This document shows positions 1 to 9,688 of a stretch of DNA of 64,000 nucleotides, one piece after another. Positions within the stretch are counted from its first letter, which is position 1; each line of letters begins with the position of its first letter. The stretch is from assembly GCA_017527065.1 (NCBI GenBank), contig JAFXQO010000073.1:1693-65692 (forward strand), in the 5' to 3' direction. The translations under genes were made by a program, and so were the position numbers. The notes beneath the pieces were generated by a model that searched no databases, was not told the origin of the DNA, and saw nothing but the letters and a program-made list of their open reading frames with translations. Source of the stretch: Clostridia bacterium. GTDB taxonomy: Bacteria; Bacillota; Clostridia; Christensenellales; Aristaeellaceae.

Positions 1-642
1 GGAGAAGGCCACGCTGCTCACGCCCACGCAGTAGAAATAGCGCCTGTAGAAGGACGGGTCGTCGTAATCGCTGTCCTGCAGCACCTGATAGGGGTAATAG
101 CCGTGCAGCCGGTATCTTTCGCCGTACTTCTTCGCGATGTATTCCAGCAGCCGGGCGCTGAAGGTGTTCAGCACGCACTTGTCGGCGTATCCGTAGGCTT
201 CGATTTGGTCGATCAGCCTGTCGCAGCACTCGAAGGCCCATTCCTCCCGGCCCGGCTTGGGATATTCCTTCAATTCAAAATTGATCAGCGTCCCGTGAAC
301 CGAGCAGAGCTCCAAAAACTCCTCCAGCGTCGGCGGCGCGACGCCTTCCGGATAATCCTCATAGTCCGCCGCGGCGTTCAGCGCCTTGAACTCGGAGAGC
401 GTCATGTCGCAGATCGCGCCTTTTTTATCCGTCGTGCGGTCGACCGTGGCGTCGTGCATCAGGACGAGCTTCCGATCCTTCGTCATGCGCACGTCCGTCT
501 CGATCATGTCAACGCCCTGGGCGATGGCGTGACGGAACGCCGGCATGGTGTTTTCCGGGTAGATGAACCGTGCCCCTCTGTGCGCCGCCACCAGCACCCT
601 GCTGTCGTGACCCGGCCACATGGGCCTTTCCAGTCGCTTCAT
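1..642 (-). CDS. glycerophosphodiester phosphodiesterase (GDPD family), C-terminus cut by window edge
   Basis: Absent from the ORF track because it runs off the window. The reverse complement of 541-642 reads MKRLERPMWPGHDSRVLVAAHRGARFIYPENTMP, which carries the HRG...PENT signature of GDPD enzymes. A GGAGGGGGG Shine-Dalgarno lies about 10 nt upstream (rc of ~653-661). Same strand as the upstream operon. Confidence 0.8.
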   Translation of the reverse strand, partial: MKRLERPMWPGHDSRVLVAAHRGARFIYPENTMPAFRHAIAQGVDMIETDVRMTKDRKLVLMHDATVDRTTDKKGAICDMTLSEFKALNAAADYEDYPEGVAPPTLEEFLELCSVHGTLINFELKEYPKPGREEWAFECCDRLIDQIEAYGYADKCVLNTFSARLLEYIAKKYGERYRLHGYYPYQVLQDSDYDDPSFYRRYFYCVGVSSVAFS

Positions 643-668
643 TTGAGCCTGTCCCCCCTCCGCCGCCG

Positions 669-1406
669 TCAATCGCCCATCTGCTGCCGGAGATACTCCG
701 AGAAGGTGATCGCCGGCTCCTGATTGGCCTGGCTGTCCAGGAGGTTCACGGTGCCCGCTTCGGTCATGCGGATGTGGTGGAAGGCGTGGAGCGTCGCCAC
801 CTGTTCCCGGTTCAGCGGCCGGAAGCGCTTCAGCTCCAGGATCAGGAAGGCGAGATGCGCGCAGGCCTCGGCGTCCTCCAGGTTGAACCAGGCCTCGTTC
901 GGCGTCTTGCCCCAGGCCAGCGGGCCGTGATTGCCCAGATTGACCACGTGATAATCCTTCACATAGGGAATGATGCTCTTGGCCAGCTCCTGGCTGCCGG
1001 AGCAGCAGTAGGGAACCACGGGCACGCGCCCGCTGATGCACGCCGCGGCCGGTGTAGACGCGAGATCCAGCTCGATGCCCGCGCAGGCCAGCGCCGTCAG
1101 ATACAGCGGATGCGCGTGGGCGGTGGAAACCACCTCGCCGTCGGTGCGATAGACGTTCAGGTGCATGCCCAGCTCGGAGGTGGGCTTCCAGGCGCCTTCC
1201 AGCACGGCGCCGTCCGAGATGCGCACACGCAGCAGTTTATCCTCCGTCAGGTCGCCCTTGTTGACGCCGGTGGGCGTGGCCCACACTTCGTCATCTCCCA
1301 CGCGCACGGTGATGTTGCCGTCGTTCGCGGTGACGAAGCCGCCCTCGTGCATCTTTCGGCCGACGTCGATGATCAGGGCCTTCGCTTCTCTATCGGTTAG
1401 ATACAT
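669..1406 (-). CDS. class II aldolase/adducin-family protein (FucA/AraD/MtnB-like)
   Basis: 245-aa ORF with NDGNITVR, ATPTGVNKG and AHAHP segments typical of the class II aldolase fold. It ends 26 nt before the GDPD start. Confidence 0.75.
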   Translation of the reverse strand: MYLTDREAKALIIDVGRKMHEGGFVTANDGNITVRVGDDEVWATPTGVNKGDLTEDKLLRVRISDGAVLEGAWKPTSELGMHLNVYRTDGEVVSTAHAHPLYLTALACAGIELDLASTPAAACISGRVPVVPYCCSGSQELAKSIIPYVKDYHVVNLGNHGPLAWGKTPNEAWFNLEDAEACAHLAFLILELKRFRPLNREQVATLHAFHHIRMTEAGTVNLLDSQANQEPAITFSEYLRQQMGD

Positions 1407-1461
1407 GGACTGTCTCTCCTTGTCGTCTGGTTGCGGTCGTAAGGACCTGATTCACGCCTTT

Positions 1462-2757
1462 TCAGCGAAACAGCTCCTTCAGGCATGCGCCGTCCGTTCC
1501 GGTCATCTCAAATCCCAACGCGTGCGCGAAGGTCGGCGCCTCGTCCACCAGGCTGGCGTTTTCCAGCACGACGCCCGGTTTGATGTGCGGGCCGAATGCG
1601 AACAGCGTGGGGCCCGGGCCCTTGGAAGGCAAATGCCCGTGCGTCGCGCGGCCGAACCGGTAGTTCTGGTTGTCCAGCGAGCGCACCAGCGGGCGCATCC
1701 AGTCGTTGGAGAAGGTGGTGTAGCCGTCCGTCTCCAGGACGAAGGAGAAGGGGCCGGAGAGATGCTCCTCGGCGTCGGCCTCTTCAACCGTCATCACGCG
1801 GCCGATCCCGTAGACCTCCTCCGCGCAGAGCGCGTCCAGCAGCGCCTTTGTCTCGTCATAATCCTTTTTGTTGGCGGGATCCTTCAGATAGACCAGGCAG
1901 GAAGTGCCGCCGGATTTGCAGAAGGCGCGCCAGTTGGCGATCCGGCCCTCCGCGTCTACGTCGATCAGGCCGGCTTCCTTCAGCTTCACGTTCAGCGCGA
2001 TGGCGCGCCGCACGTTGATCTGGCCATGATCGCTGACGATAAAGAAGTCCGTCTGGTCGTAGATGCCGGCGTTTTTCGTTTCCTGGATCAGATGCTGCAT
2101 CCACAGGCTCGTCTCGGTGAGGGCGATCTCGACCTTTTTGGTAAACAGGCCCGTCTCGTGGCGATAGGCGTCCACGTTGGCGGGATGAACCATGAGCAGG
2201 TTTGGCCTGAACTCGCGGATCATGGCGCTGGCGCAGCTCATGACGAACGCGTCGCAATAGGGATGCTGGCGAATGCGCCCCTTCATGAGCGGCAGGTTCG
2301 GCTTCACGATCTTTTCCATCACCTCGGGCGAGGAGCCGGCGTCGATAAAGCACTGCTCGTCGGTCTCGCCGTGCTGCGGCCAGTATTCGGCGACGTTGTA
2401 GTCGATGCTCTTGTCATTTCCGCTGACCGGCCAGAACACGGCGGCCGTGGAGAGCCCGTTTTCCTTGGCCCAGTCAAAGATGTTCTTCCCGCGGTACATA
2501 TCGCGCATGTGCTGCCAGAGGCTGCTCTTTTCGCACATGATGGGCTGTTCGTTGTTCACGATGCCGTGCTTGTTGGGATACAGGCCCGTCTGCATCGTGG
2601 TGTGACAGGGATACGTGATCGTCGGATAGATCGATCTGACATGGTTGACGCGCGCCGTCTCCGCCCAGATGCCTGCAAAGGCCGGCAGCTTGGACAGGGT
2701 TTCCAGGTCCTCATAGACCATCGCGTCCACCGAAACAACGATGACATGCCTCTCCAT
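1462..2757 (-). CDS. alkaline-phosphatase-superfamily phosphodiesterase / nucleotide pyrophosphatase (NPP-like)
   Basis: 431-aa ORF. It has VVSVDAM near the N-terminus and YPTITYPCHTTMQTGLYPNKHG, the catalytic Thr region of type I phosphodiesterases. Confidence 0.75.
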   Translation of the reverse strand: MERHVIVVSVDAMVYEDLETLSKLPAFAGIWAETARVNHVRSIYPTITYPCHTTMQTGLYPNKHGIVNNEQPIMCEKSSLWQHMRDMYRGKNIFDWAKENGLSTAAVFWPVSGNDKSIDYNVAEYWPQHGETDEQCFIDAGSSPEVMEKIVKPNLPLMKGRIRQHPYCDAFVMSCASAMIREFRPNLLMVHPANVDAYRHETGLFTKKVEIALTETSLWMQHLIQETKNAGIYDQTDFFIVSDHGQINVRRAIALNVKLKEAGLIDVDAEGRIANWRAFCKSGGTSCLVYLKDPANKKDYDETKALLDALCAEEVYGIGRVMTVEEADAEEHLSGPFSFVLETDGYTTFSNDWMRPLVRSLDNQNYRFGRATHGHLPSKGPGPTLFAFGPHIKPGVVLENASLVDEAPTFAHALGFEMTGTDGACLKELFR

Positions 2758-2824
2758 AAAAAAGACTTCTTCCTCCCTGACTGTCTTCTTCAGAATGAAC
2801 CGATGTCCTTTGTCAGCCGGGCGA

Positions 2825-3682
2825 TCACTTGACGCCGCGGTAGGTAAAGCCCTCTATGATCTTCTTGCTGGCGAAGATGAACACCACCAGGATGGGGACG
2901 ACGAGCAGCGAGTTACCCGCCATCAGCGTGTTCCAGCGGATGCCGACCTCCGCGTCCCTCAGGCGCTCGATGGCCAGCGTCAGGGGGCGGAACTCCTCCT
3001 TCCGGGTCATGACCAGCGGCCAGAAGTAGGCGTTCCAGACGCCGATGAAGGAGAACATCGCGATGGTCACCATGGCGGATTTGCACATGGGCAGCATGAT
3101 CTGCACCATGATCTGCACTTCGCTGGCGCTGTCCAGGCGGGCGGATTCCACGATCTCGTCGGGTATCTGCTTGAAGGACTGGCGCAGCATGAAGATGCCG
3201 AACGCGTCGCAGCCCAGCGGCAGGATCTGCGGCCACAGGGAGTTGATCATGCCCCAGCCGCTGACCATGATGTATACCGAGATGTAGGTCAGCTGCTGCG
3301 GAATCATGAACGCCACCAGCACCAGGCTGAAGGCGAGGCCGCGCAGCGGGAAGGTGCGCTTGGCGAAGGCGTAGGCCGCGGGCACCATGACGATCAGCTG
3401 CAGCGCGATGACAGAAACGGTCACGACCACCGTGTTGCGCATGTATCCCAGGATATTCAGGCCGGAATTGAACGTGCTCACGTAGCCCTCGAGGGACCAC
3501 TGGCTGGGCAGCAGCGTCGGAGGCACCGCCACGGATTCCGAATACGTCTTGAACGCCGTGATCAGCATCCAGTAAAACGGAAACACAAACGCCAGCATGA
3601 CAGCGATTTTCAGGATGTCGCTGATGACCGTGCCGACCAATTCCTTTTTTCGATCTGTTACCGTAAGATTGATCTTCTGCAT
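2825..3682 (-). CDS. ABC sugar-type transporter permease (MalG/UgpE-like)
   Basis: 285 aa and polytopic. The EAA-type loop ESARLDSASEVQIMVQIMLPM is present. Confidence 0.85.
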   Translation of the reverse strand: MQKINLTVTDRKKELVGTVISDILKIAVMLAFVFPFYWMLITAFKTYSESVAVPPTLLPSQWSLEGYVSTFNSGLNILGYMRNTVVVTVSVIALQLIVMVPAAYAFAKRTFPLRGLAFSLVLVAFMIPQQLTYISVYIMVSGWGMINSLWPQILPLGCDAFGIFMLRQSFKQIPDEIVESARLDSASEVQIMVQIMLPMCKSAMVTIAMFSFIGVWNAYFWPLVMTRKEEFRPLTLAIERLRDAEVGIRWNTLMAGNSLLVVPILVVFIFASKKIIEGFTYRGVK

Positions 3683-3693
3683 AGCGCTTCTCC

Positions 3694-4629
3694 TTATTGA
3701 TAATGGACTTTCTTCTCGACGAATGCAAAGTCAAACACAGTCAACACGATCATTATGATCATCATGATCATGCCCGCGGAACAGGCGTAGCCCAGCGTGT
3801 TGTTGCGCTGGAAGGCGTAGTCATAGATGTACATGCTCAGCACGCGCGTCGAGTCGCCCGGTCCGCCGTTGGTCATGATGCGCACGGAATCGAACACCTT
3901 GAACGAACCGGTGGTGATCGTGATCAGCAGGAGAAACAGCTGCGGCGAGATCATCGGCAGCGTGATCCTGAAAAAGATCTTGAAGGACGAGGCGTTGTCC
4001 AGGCGCGCCGCCTCATAGATCTCCGTCGGGATCGACTTCATGCTGGAGAGGATGATCAGCGCGTAATAGCCGATGTTCTTCCAGGTGTTCATCATGATGA
4101 TGGAGATCATGGCCGTGGAAGAGTCATCCAGCCACCTGACCGCCGGCAGCCCCAGCGACGTCAGCACGGTATTGAACAGGCCGTAGGACTGGGAGCTGAG
4201 CAGCCAGGACCAGATGAAGCCCGCGGACACGCCCGCGACCAGGTGAGGCGTGAAGAACACCGTCTGGGCGACGTTGTTCAGCTTCCTGGACCGGAACATC
4301 CACTGGGCCAGCAGCACGGAGAACACGATGATCGAAACCAGCGCGCCGGCCGTGTAATACGCCGTGTTGCCCAGGGCGTTGTAGAAGTCCTTTTTGACAA
4401 AAAAAAGCGTGTTGTAGTTGTCCAGGCCGATGAACTTTTTGTAGGGCTTGGTGGCGTTTGAGTAAAACAGGCTCATGATCGCCATGTTGACGGCGGGATA
4501 AACGACGAAAGCGATCAGAAAGGCCACCGCCGGAAGCACCATCAGCCAGGAGGTGACGGCGTTCGTGACCCGCTTGCCCAGGCTGCCCTTATTCTGGTGA
4601 ACATAGGATGGCGTCTTGTCCTTAGACAT
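3694..4629 (-). CDS. ABC sugar-type transporter permease (MalF/UgpA-like)
   Basis: 311 aa and polytopic, with the EAA loop EAARLDNASSFKIFFRITLPM. Its start overlaps the upstream ATPase stop by 8 nt. Confidence 0.85.
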   Translation of the reverse strand: MSKDKTPSYVHQNKGSLGKRVTNAVTSWLMVLPAVAFLIAFVVYPAVNMAIMSLFYSNATKPYKKFIGLDNYNTLFFVKKDFYNALGNTAYYTAGALVSIIVFSVLLAQWMFRSRKLNNVAQTVFFTPHLVAGVSAGFIWSWLLSSQSYGLFNTVLTSLGLPAVRWLDDSSTAMISIIMMNTWKNIGYYALIILSSMKSIPTEIYEAARLDNASSFKIFFRITLPMISPQLFLLLITITTGSFKVFDSVRIMTNGGPGDSTRVLSMYIYDYAFQRNNTLGYACSAGMIMMIIMIVLTVFDFAFVEKKVHYQ

Positions 4630-5674
4630 CGTTCATCCCTCCTACTACCTCCGCCAGCAGCTCCGGAGCCCCGCCGTGACTGTAATGGACGCCGGAGAGA
4701 TCGAAGTAATGCAGATGCTCCGGCTCGACGGTGATCCACACGTCCTGCTTTTCGCGGAAGCGGGAATCGGCGATCTTGACCATCACGGCCTGGCCGCTGC
4801 TGAGCTCGACTTTATACTGCGTCTCCGCGCCCAGCATCTCGCGGGTGACGATCCGGCCCTTCTTGCGATAGCCGTCGCCCGCCGGCTTTTCGGCAGTGAA
4901 CACCACCGATTCCGGCCGGTAGCCCATCTTGTAGCCGTTGGGCATGTCTATGATGTTCATGGGCGGCGTGCCGATAAACTGGGCGGCGAACACGTTGGCC
5001 GGCTCGTGGTAAATTTCCTCGGGCGTGCCCACCTGCTGGATCTCGCCCTTCTCCATCAGCACGATGATATCCGCCATGGACATGGCCTCGACCTGGTCGT
5101 GCGTCACATAGACGAAGGTGGTCTTCAGCTTCTGATGCAGCTCCTTGAGCTCGATGCGCATGCTGGCGCGCAGCTTCGCGTCCAGGTTCGAAAGGGGTTC
5201 GTCCATCAGGAACACAGCCGGCTTCTTGACCATGGCGCGGGCCAGGGCGATTCTCTGCCGCTGGCCGCCGGAGAGCTGGCTGGGCTTGCGGGAAAGCAGG
5301 TTATACATATCAACGATTCGGGAATACTCGTCTATCAGGCGATTGCGTTCCTCTTTGGGAACCTTGCGGTTCTTCAACCCGAATTCGATATTCTCGCGCA
5401 CTGTCATGGTAGGATAGATGGCGTAATTCTGGAACACCATCGCAATGTCGCGCTTTCCGGGCGCGACCTCGGAAATATCCTTGCCATTCATGAGCACCTG
5501 GCCGGATGTCGCCGGCCCGATGCCGGCGATCATGCGCAGGAGCGTGGTCTTGCCGCAGCCGGACGACCCGACCAGCACGGTGAACTTGCCGTCCTCGATC
5601 GTCAGGTTCAGATTCTCTATGACCTTGTTGGAGCCGAAATATTTGCTTACGTTCCGAAACTCTATCTGTGCCAT
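4622..5674 (-). CDS. ABC transporter ATP-binding protein (UgpC/MalK-like)
   Basis: Walker A GSSGCGKTT, signature LSGGQRQR and Walker B FLMDEP are present, followed by a C-terminal regulatory-type domain. Confidence 0.9.
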   Translation of the reverse strand: MAQIEFRNVSKYFGSNKVIENLNLTIEDGKFTVLVGSSGCGKTTLLRMIAGIGPATSGQVLMNGKDISEVAPGKRDIAMVFQNYAIYPTMTVRENIEFGLKNRKVPKEERNRLIDEYSRIVDMYNLLSRKPSQLSGGQRQRIALARAMVKKPAVFLMDEPLSNLDAKLRASMRIELKELHQKLKTTFVYVTHDQVEAMSMADIIVLMEKGEIQQVGTPEEIYHEPANVFAAQFIGTPPMNIIDMPNGYKMGYRPESVVFTAEKPAGDGYRKKGRIVTREMLGAETQYKVELSSGQAVMVKIADSRFREKQDVWITVEPEHLHYFDLSGVHYSHGGAPELLAEVVGGMNDV

Positions 5675-5757
5675 CAGCTTACCCTCCGGTTCTTGAAACG
5701 GGGCGGGAGGATATACAAGTACATCCTCCCGCCCGAGACAGGGTTTTGTTGGAATGA

Positions 5758-7083
5758 TTACCAGATGATATCAGACTCGGCCTTGATGTTCGCAACAGCC
5801 TCTTCAGGCGTGATGCTCTTCTCCTGGATCAGCAGGGAGACGTTGTCCCAGCAGATCTGCGTGTAGTCCTGAGCGACGGTGATGTAAGGCGTCTCCTGGC
5901 CGCGGCCATAGGCCAGCATCTGATCGTAGGCGACCTTGAAGTTCGGGTTCGCCTCCCAGAAGGAGACCATCTCAGGATACTCGGCAACGGACTTGGTGCA
6001 GGCCACATAGCCGGACGTGCAGGCGTTGAAGCACTGCTCCTCGTCGCTCATCAGGAACTTGACGAACTCCCAAGAAGCCTGGATCTCTTCGTCGCTGTTG
6101 TCGCCGCCGCAGATGGAGACGTTCGCGCCGCCGATCTCGGCCACATGGTTGTCCATGTCATAGGACGGGAACATCGCGACGCCCAGATCAACGCCCGCTT
6201 CGGCGCAGGCCTTGGTCAGGTTGCCCAGGCCGGCGCAGCTGTTCACGTAGGAGGCCAGCTCGCCGCTGATGAACATGGCCATGGCCGTGTCGCCGGCGTT
6301 GGTCACGTCGAACGGACGGCACCAGCCCTCGTCAACCCAGGAGCGCCAGTCGGTCAGAACCTTCTCCATGACGCCGTCTTCCAGGCAGGGAGCGGATCCG
6401 CCGGTGCCATCGGTCTCGTCGGTGTGCATGTATTCGGAACCGAGCTGATAGATCCACGCGGCGTTGTAGTAGCCGAAGTCGTTGAACAGCTCGAAGCCAT
6501 AGCGGGTGACGTTGCCGTCGGCGTCCTTCTGCATGACAGTCTGGCCGAACTTGATCAGCTCATCGATGGTGATGCTGTCGCCGATCTCAATGCCGACTTC
6601 CTCGGCGATGGCCTTGTTGTAGTACAGCAGGGGCGTGGAGCGGCAATAGGGCAGAGAATACATCTCGCCATCGGTATTGCCGGCGATGTGCAGCAGCCAG
6701 TCCATCACGTTGCCGGTGATGTCATAGCCCTCGGCCTCGGCCAGAGGCGCCATGTCGACGATCATGTCGTCTTCCAGCATGTAGGCGACGTAGGTGTTGG
6801 CGGCGGAGATGACATTCGGCGCTTCGCCGGCCTGGAAGGCCAGCTGGATGGCGGCGAACAGATCGACGTAGCCGCCCTGAAAGGCTTCTTCGACGACGAT
6901 GCCCTTCTCCTTGCCGATGGTCTCATTGAAGAGATTCACGGCGTGAGTCACGCATTCGTACTGGGCACCGGAGCCGCGATGATGCCAGAACTGGATGACG
7001 ATCGGGTCGCCGGAATCCGCCGCGGCGGACATCACGGGCACGGCCATGATCAGGACGAGCAGCAGTGCGAGCAGTTTCTTCAT
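5758..7083 (-). CDS. extracellular solute-binding protein of the ABC transporter
   Basis: The track ORF is 5758-7137. I prefer the internal ATG at 7083 (MKKLLALLLVLIMAVPVMSAAADS signal peptide), which is preceded by AGGGAGGTAG (rc of 7088-7097). Confidence 0.85.
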   Translation of the reverse strand: MKKLLALLLVLIMAVPVMSAAADSGDPIVIQFWHHRGSGAQYECVTHAVNLFNETIGKEKGIVVEEAFQGGYVDLFAAIQLAFQAGEAPNVISAANTYVAYMLEDDMIVDMAPLAEAEGYDITGNVMDWLLHIAGNTDGEMYSLPYCRSTPLLYYNKAIAEEVGIEIGDSITIDELIKFGQTVMQKDADGNVTRYGFELFNDFGYYNAAWIYQLGSEYMHTDETDGTGGSAPCLEDGVMEKVLTDWRSWVDEGWCRPFDVTNAGDTAMAMFISGELASYVNSCAGLGNLTKACAEAGVDLGVAMFPSYDMDNHVAEIGGANVSICGGDNSDEEIQASWEFVKFLMSDEEQCFNACTSGYVACTKSVAEYPEMVSFWEANPNFKVAYDQMLAYGRGQETPYITVAQDYTQICWDNVSLLIQEKSITPEEAVANIKAESDIIW

Positions 7084-7276
7084 GATGAATCTACCTCCCT
7101 GAAATGTCCATACGAATCGCTTCGTATTATTATCCAAGCACTTTCGTGCTTATGCGCGTATTATACCATGCGCCACCCCGCTTTGCAATACTTTTTTTAT
7201 GGACAGATTAAAAAAGAGGCAAAAAAGTTAGCGCCCGGTTAATAGAAGCGCACGGGGCGGCGGCCCTCGGCGCGCC

Positions 7277-7306
7277 TTGACAGCGGGCGCGGGGACGCCT
7301 TATACT
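7277..7306 (+). promoter_or_regulatory. sigma-70-type promoter (TTGACA, 18 nt spacer, TATACT)
   Basis: TTGACA lies at 7277-7282 and TATACT at 7301-7306, about 45 nt upstream of the 7353 start. The motif stands out in a GC-rich background. Confidence 0.55.
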
Positions 7307-7352
7307 GGACCCGGAAAACCGCAATGCGGAGTCAGGAAGGAGTCCATGAATC

Positions 7353-8561
7353 ATGAGCTGCGAACGCCTTGACAGAACCCGGCTGTTGATCGGCACATAC
7401 TGCCTCCAGCCCTATGCCCGGAGCGAGGCGCACGTCCGGGCGCTGGCCGACGCGGGCATCAACTATCTCTGCGCCACGCCCGCCGACCGGAATCTCCTGG
7501 ATCTGTGCGAGAAGTACGGCATCGGCGTCTTCGCCACGGGCGTCCTGCCCGCCTGGTGGGGCGGCGACGGGGACAACGCCGGCACGATGGCTTCGTCCGT
7601 GCCCGTTTCCCTGTATGAAGAAGCCGCCCGCAATCTCGAGGATCATCCCGCCCTCTGGGGGCTGGACATGGGCGACGAACCCAGCGCCCTGGATTTTCCT
7701 CATTACGGACGGCTCTTTGAGGCCGTGAAGCGCCTCTTCCCGCGCCATTTCCCTTATCTCAACCTCTACCCCAACTACGCCTCCGTGCCGGAAAATACGG
7801 CCAGCGAATGCCGGTCGCAGCTGGGCGCGCCGACCTACCAGGCCTACATCGACGAATACGCCCGCTGCGTCGGCAGCGACTATATCTGCTACGACTACTA
7901 CATGTACTCGACCACCGTGGCCGGCGCGTATGAAAACCTGCGCGTCGTGGCGGACAAGTGCCGCGAGACGGGGCGCGACCTGTGGATCGTGCTTCAGGTC
8001 AACTCAAACCGGCCGGCCGAGTGGATGAGTCTTTCACAGCTGCGCCATCAGGCCTACACCGCCTTGGCCTTCGGGGCCAGGAGCGTCAACTGGGCCTGCT
8101 GGACGGCGGGCTGGTGGCACAACCAGGTGCTGGACGACGCCGGCCACCCGACGCAGCAGTATCCCAAAATGTGCGCCGTCAACCGCGAGCTGCACGCCCT
8201 GGGCGAGCGGTTCATGCGCTATCGCAATCAGTCCACCCATTTCGTGGGAGCCATCCCCGCCGAGCGCCTGGCGGGGGTGAACCAGGCGGCGGAACCCGCC
8301 GTAAACGCCGGCGCTTTCCGGGATGTGCGCGGGGAGGACGGTTTCGGCGCGATCATCGGCCACATGACGGCCCCGGACGGCGCCGACGCGCTGATGGTGG
8401 CCGACGCTTCCGGACGCGGCGAAGCCGGCTGCCTGCTCTTCCGCAAGGCGGGCAAAAAGCCCGCCGCCCTGCTGAACGGGCTGCCGGCTCCCGTGCTGCG
8501 CGTCGGCGAAGACGTCTACCGCGTGCGCCTCGAGCCCTGCTCCGGCCTGCTGATCGAGTAG
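7353..8561 (+). CDS. hypothetical enzyme, possibly a TIM-barrel glycoside-hydrolase-like protein
   Basis: 402-aa ORF with a GGAAGGAG SD. GLDMGDEPS and NLYPNYA segments resemble GH42/GH35-like barrels. No signal peptide. I cannot name the family. Confidence 0.5.
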   Translation: MSCERLDRTRLLIGTYCLQPYARSEAHVRALADAGINYLCATPADRNLLDLCEKYGIGVFATGVLPAWWGGDGDNAGTMASSVPVSLYEEAARNLEDHPALWGLDMGDEPSALDFPHYGRLFEAVKRLFPRHFPYLNLYPNYASVPENTASECRSQLGAPTYQAYIDEYARCVGSDYICYDYYMYSTTVAGAYENLRVVADKCRETGRDLWIVLQVNSNRPAEWMSLSQLRHQAYTALAFGARSVNWACWTAGWWHNQVLDDAGHPTQQYPKMCAVNRELHALGERFMRYRNQSTHFVGAIPAERLAGVNQAAEPAVNAGAFRDVRGEDGFGAIIGHMTAPDGADALMVADASGRGEAGCLLFRKAGKKPAALLNGLPAPVLRVGEDVYRVRLEPCSGLLIE

Positions 8562-8579
8562 GCCGGGCGCGCCTTTCTG

Positions 8580-9626
8580 TCAGTGGTGTTCGACCCTGAC
8601 CGGCAGGCCGGTCTCGATGGACCTGTTGCAGGCCATGACGAACTCCATGGTGCGCACCGCGTCCGCGTAGGGCGAACGGATCTGAGAGGGATCGCCGGTC
8701 AGCACGGCGTCCACAAAGGTGCGGTCGCACCGGATGCCACCGTAGCTGCCGTCTTCCTTGATGGTGATCGCGCCGCCGCCGGCCTGCATCGTGCCGTCGC
8801 CCCGGAACACCAGGCCGTTGTCAGCGTTGCCGTCCCCCTTCAGGCCGTAGATGTTGACCTTGCTCAGGATATAATGATCCAGCCGGCAATCCTTCGCGCT
8901 GAAGGTGATCTTGCTGTCGAAGGCCTCGCCGCTCTTCGCGTAGCAGCCGGTGGACAGGGAGCCCAGCGCGCCGCTCTCGAAACGGACGGAGGTGGTGGAC
9001 ACGTCGTCGGTATCGTAGTTCACCCAGTCGGTCACGAAGCCCCGGGCGGCCAGCGTGAACACCTCCGCCGGTTCGCCCATCATATAGCGCACCATGTCGA
9101 TGTTGTGTATGGTCTGCTCGACGATCTGCCCGCCTGAGCGCTTCTTGTCGCGCCACCATTCCACTTCCGGAACGCCGCCCATGCGCACGCAGTCCACGAA
9201 GGTCACGCGGTGATTGTTCACGAAGTCGCGGGTGTCGTCCACGATCTTCGCGTAGCGGCACTGCAGGCCGACGGCCGTGATCAGGCGTTTTGCCTGAATC
9301 TCATCGCGGATGCGGTAGGCCAGGTCCATGTCCAGCGCTACCGGCTTTTCGATGAACATCGGAATGCCGCGCCGGATGGTCTCGAATTCGATCTCGCCGT
9401 GGCAGTAGGGCGGCACGCAGATGAACACCATGTCCGGGCCGACGGCGTCGTACATCTCCCGGAAATCCGTAAACGCGCGGCCGCTCCCCGCCTTCTCCGC
9501 GAAGGCCTGCGCCCGCTCGGGAATCAGATCGCAGAAACCCGCCAGTTCGATGTCCTTGTAATCCAGAAAATGTCCCAGGTGATAGGCGCCGATGCCGCCG
9601 CAGCCGATGACCGCCAGCTTCTTCAT
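8580..9626 (-). CDS. Gfo/Idh/MocA-family NAD(P)-dependent oxidoreductase
   Basis: N-terminal Rossmann motif MKKLAVIGCGGIGAYH and the EKP motif (FIEKPVA). Confidence 0.85.
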   Translation of the reverse strand: MKKLAVIGCGGIGAYHLGHFLDYKDIELAGFCDLIPERAQAFAEKAGSGRAFTDFREMYDAVGPDMVFICVPPYCHGEIEFETIRRGIPMFIEKPVALDMDLAYRIRDEIQAKRLITAVGLQCRYAKIVDDTRDFVNNHRVTFVDCVRMGGVPEVEWWRDKKRSGGQIVEQTIHNIDMVRYMMGEPAEVFTLAARGFVTDWVNYDTDDVSTTSVRFESGALGSLSTGCYAKSGEAFDSKITFSAKDCRLDHYILSKVNIYGLKGDGNADNGLVFRGDGTMQAGGGAITIKEDGSYGGIRCDRTFVDAVLTGDPSQIRSPYADAVRTMEFVMACNRSIETGLPVRVEHH

Positions 9627-9688
9627 GTTTCTCCGCTCCTTTATTGTTTTCCGTCAGGTCTGTTCCGGTTCTCGCCCTCCGGATCGTC

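Noticed and set aside
103-1400. Plus-strand ORFs 103-723 and 570-1400
   Set aside because: They overlap the minus-strand GDPD and class II aldolase genes, which carry recognisable catalytic motifs.
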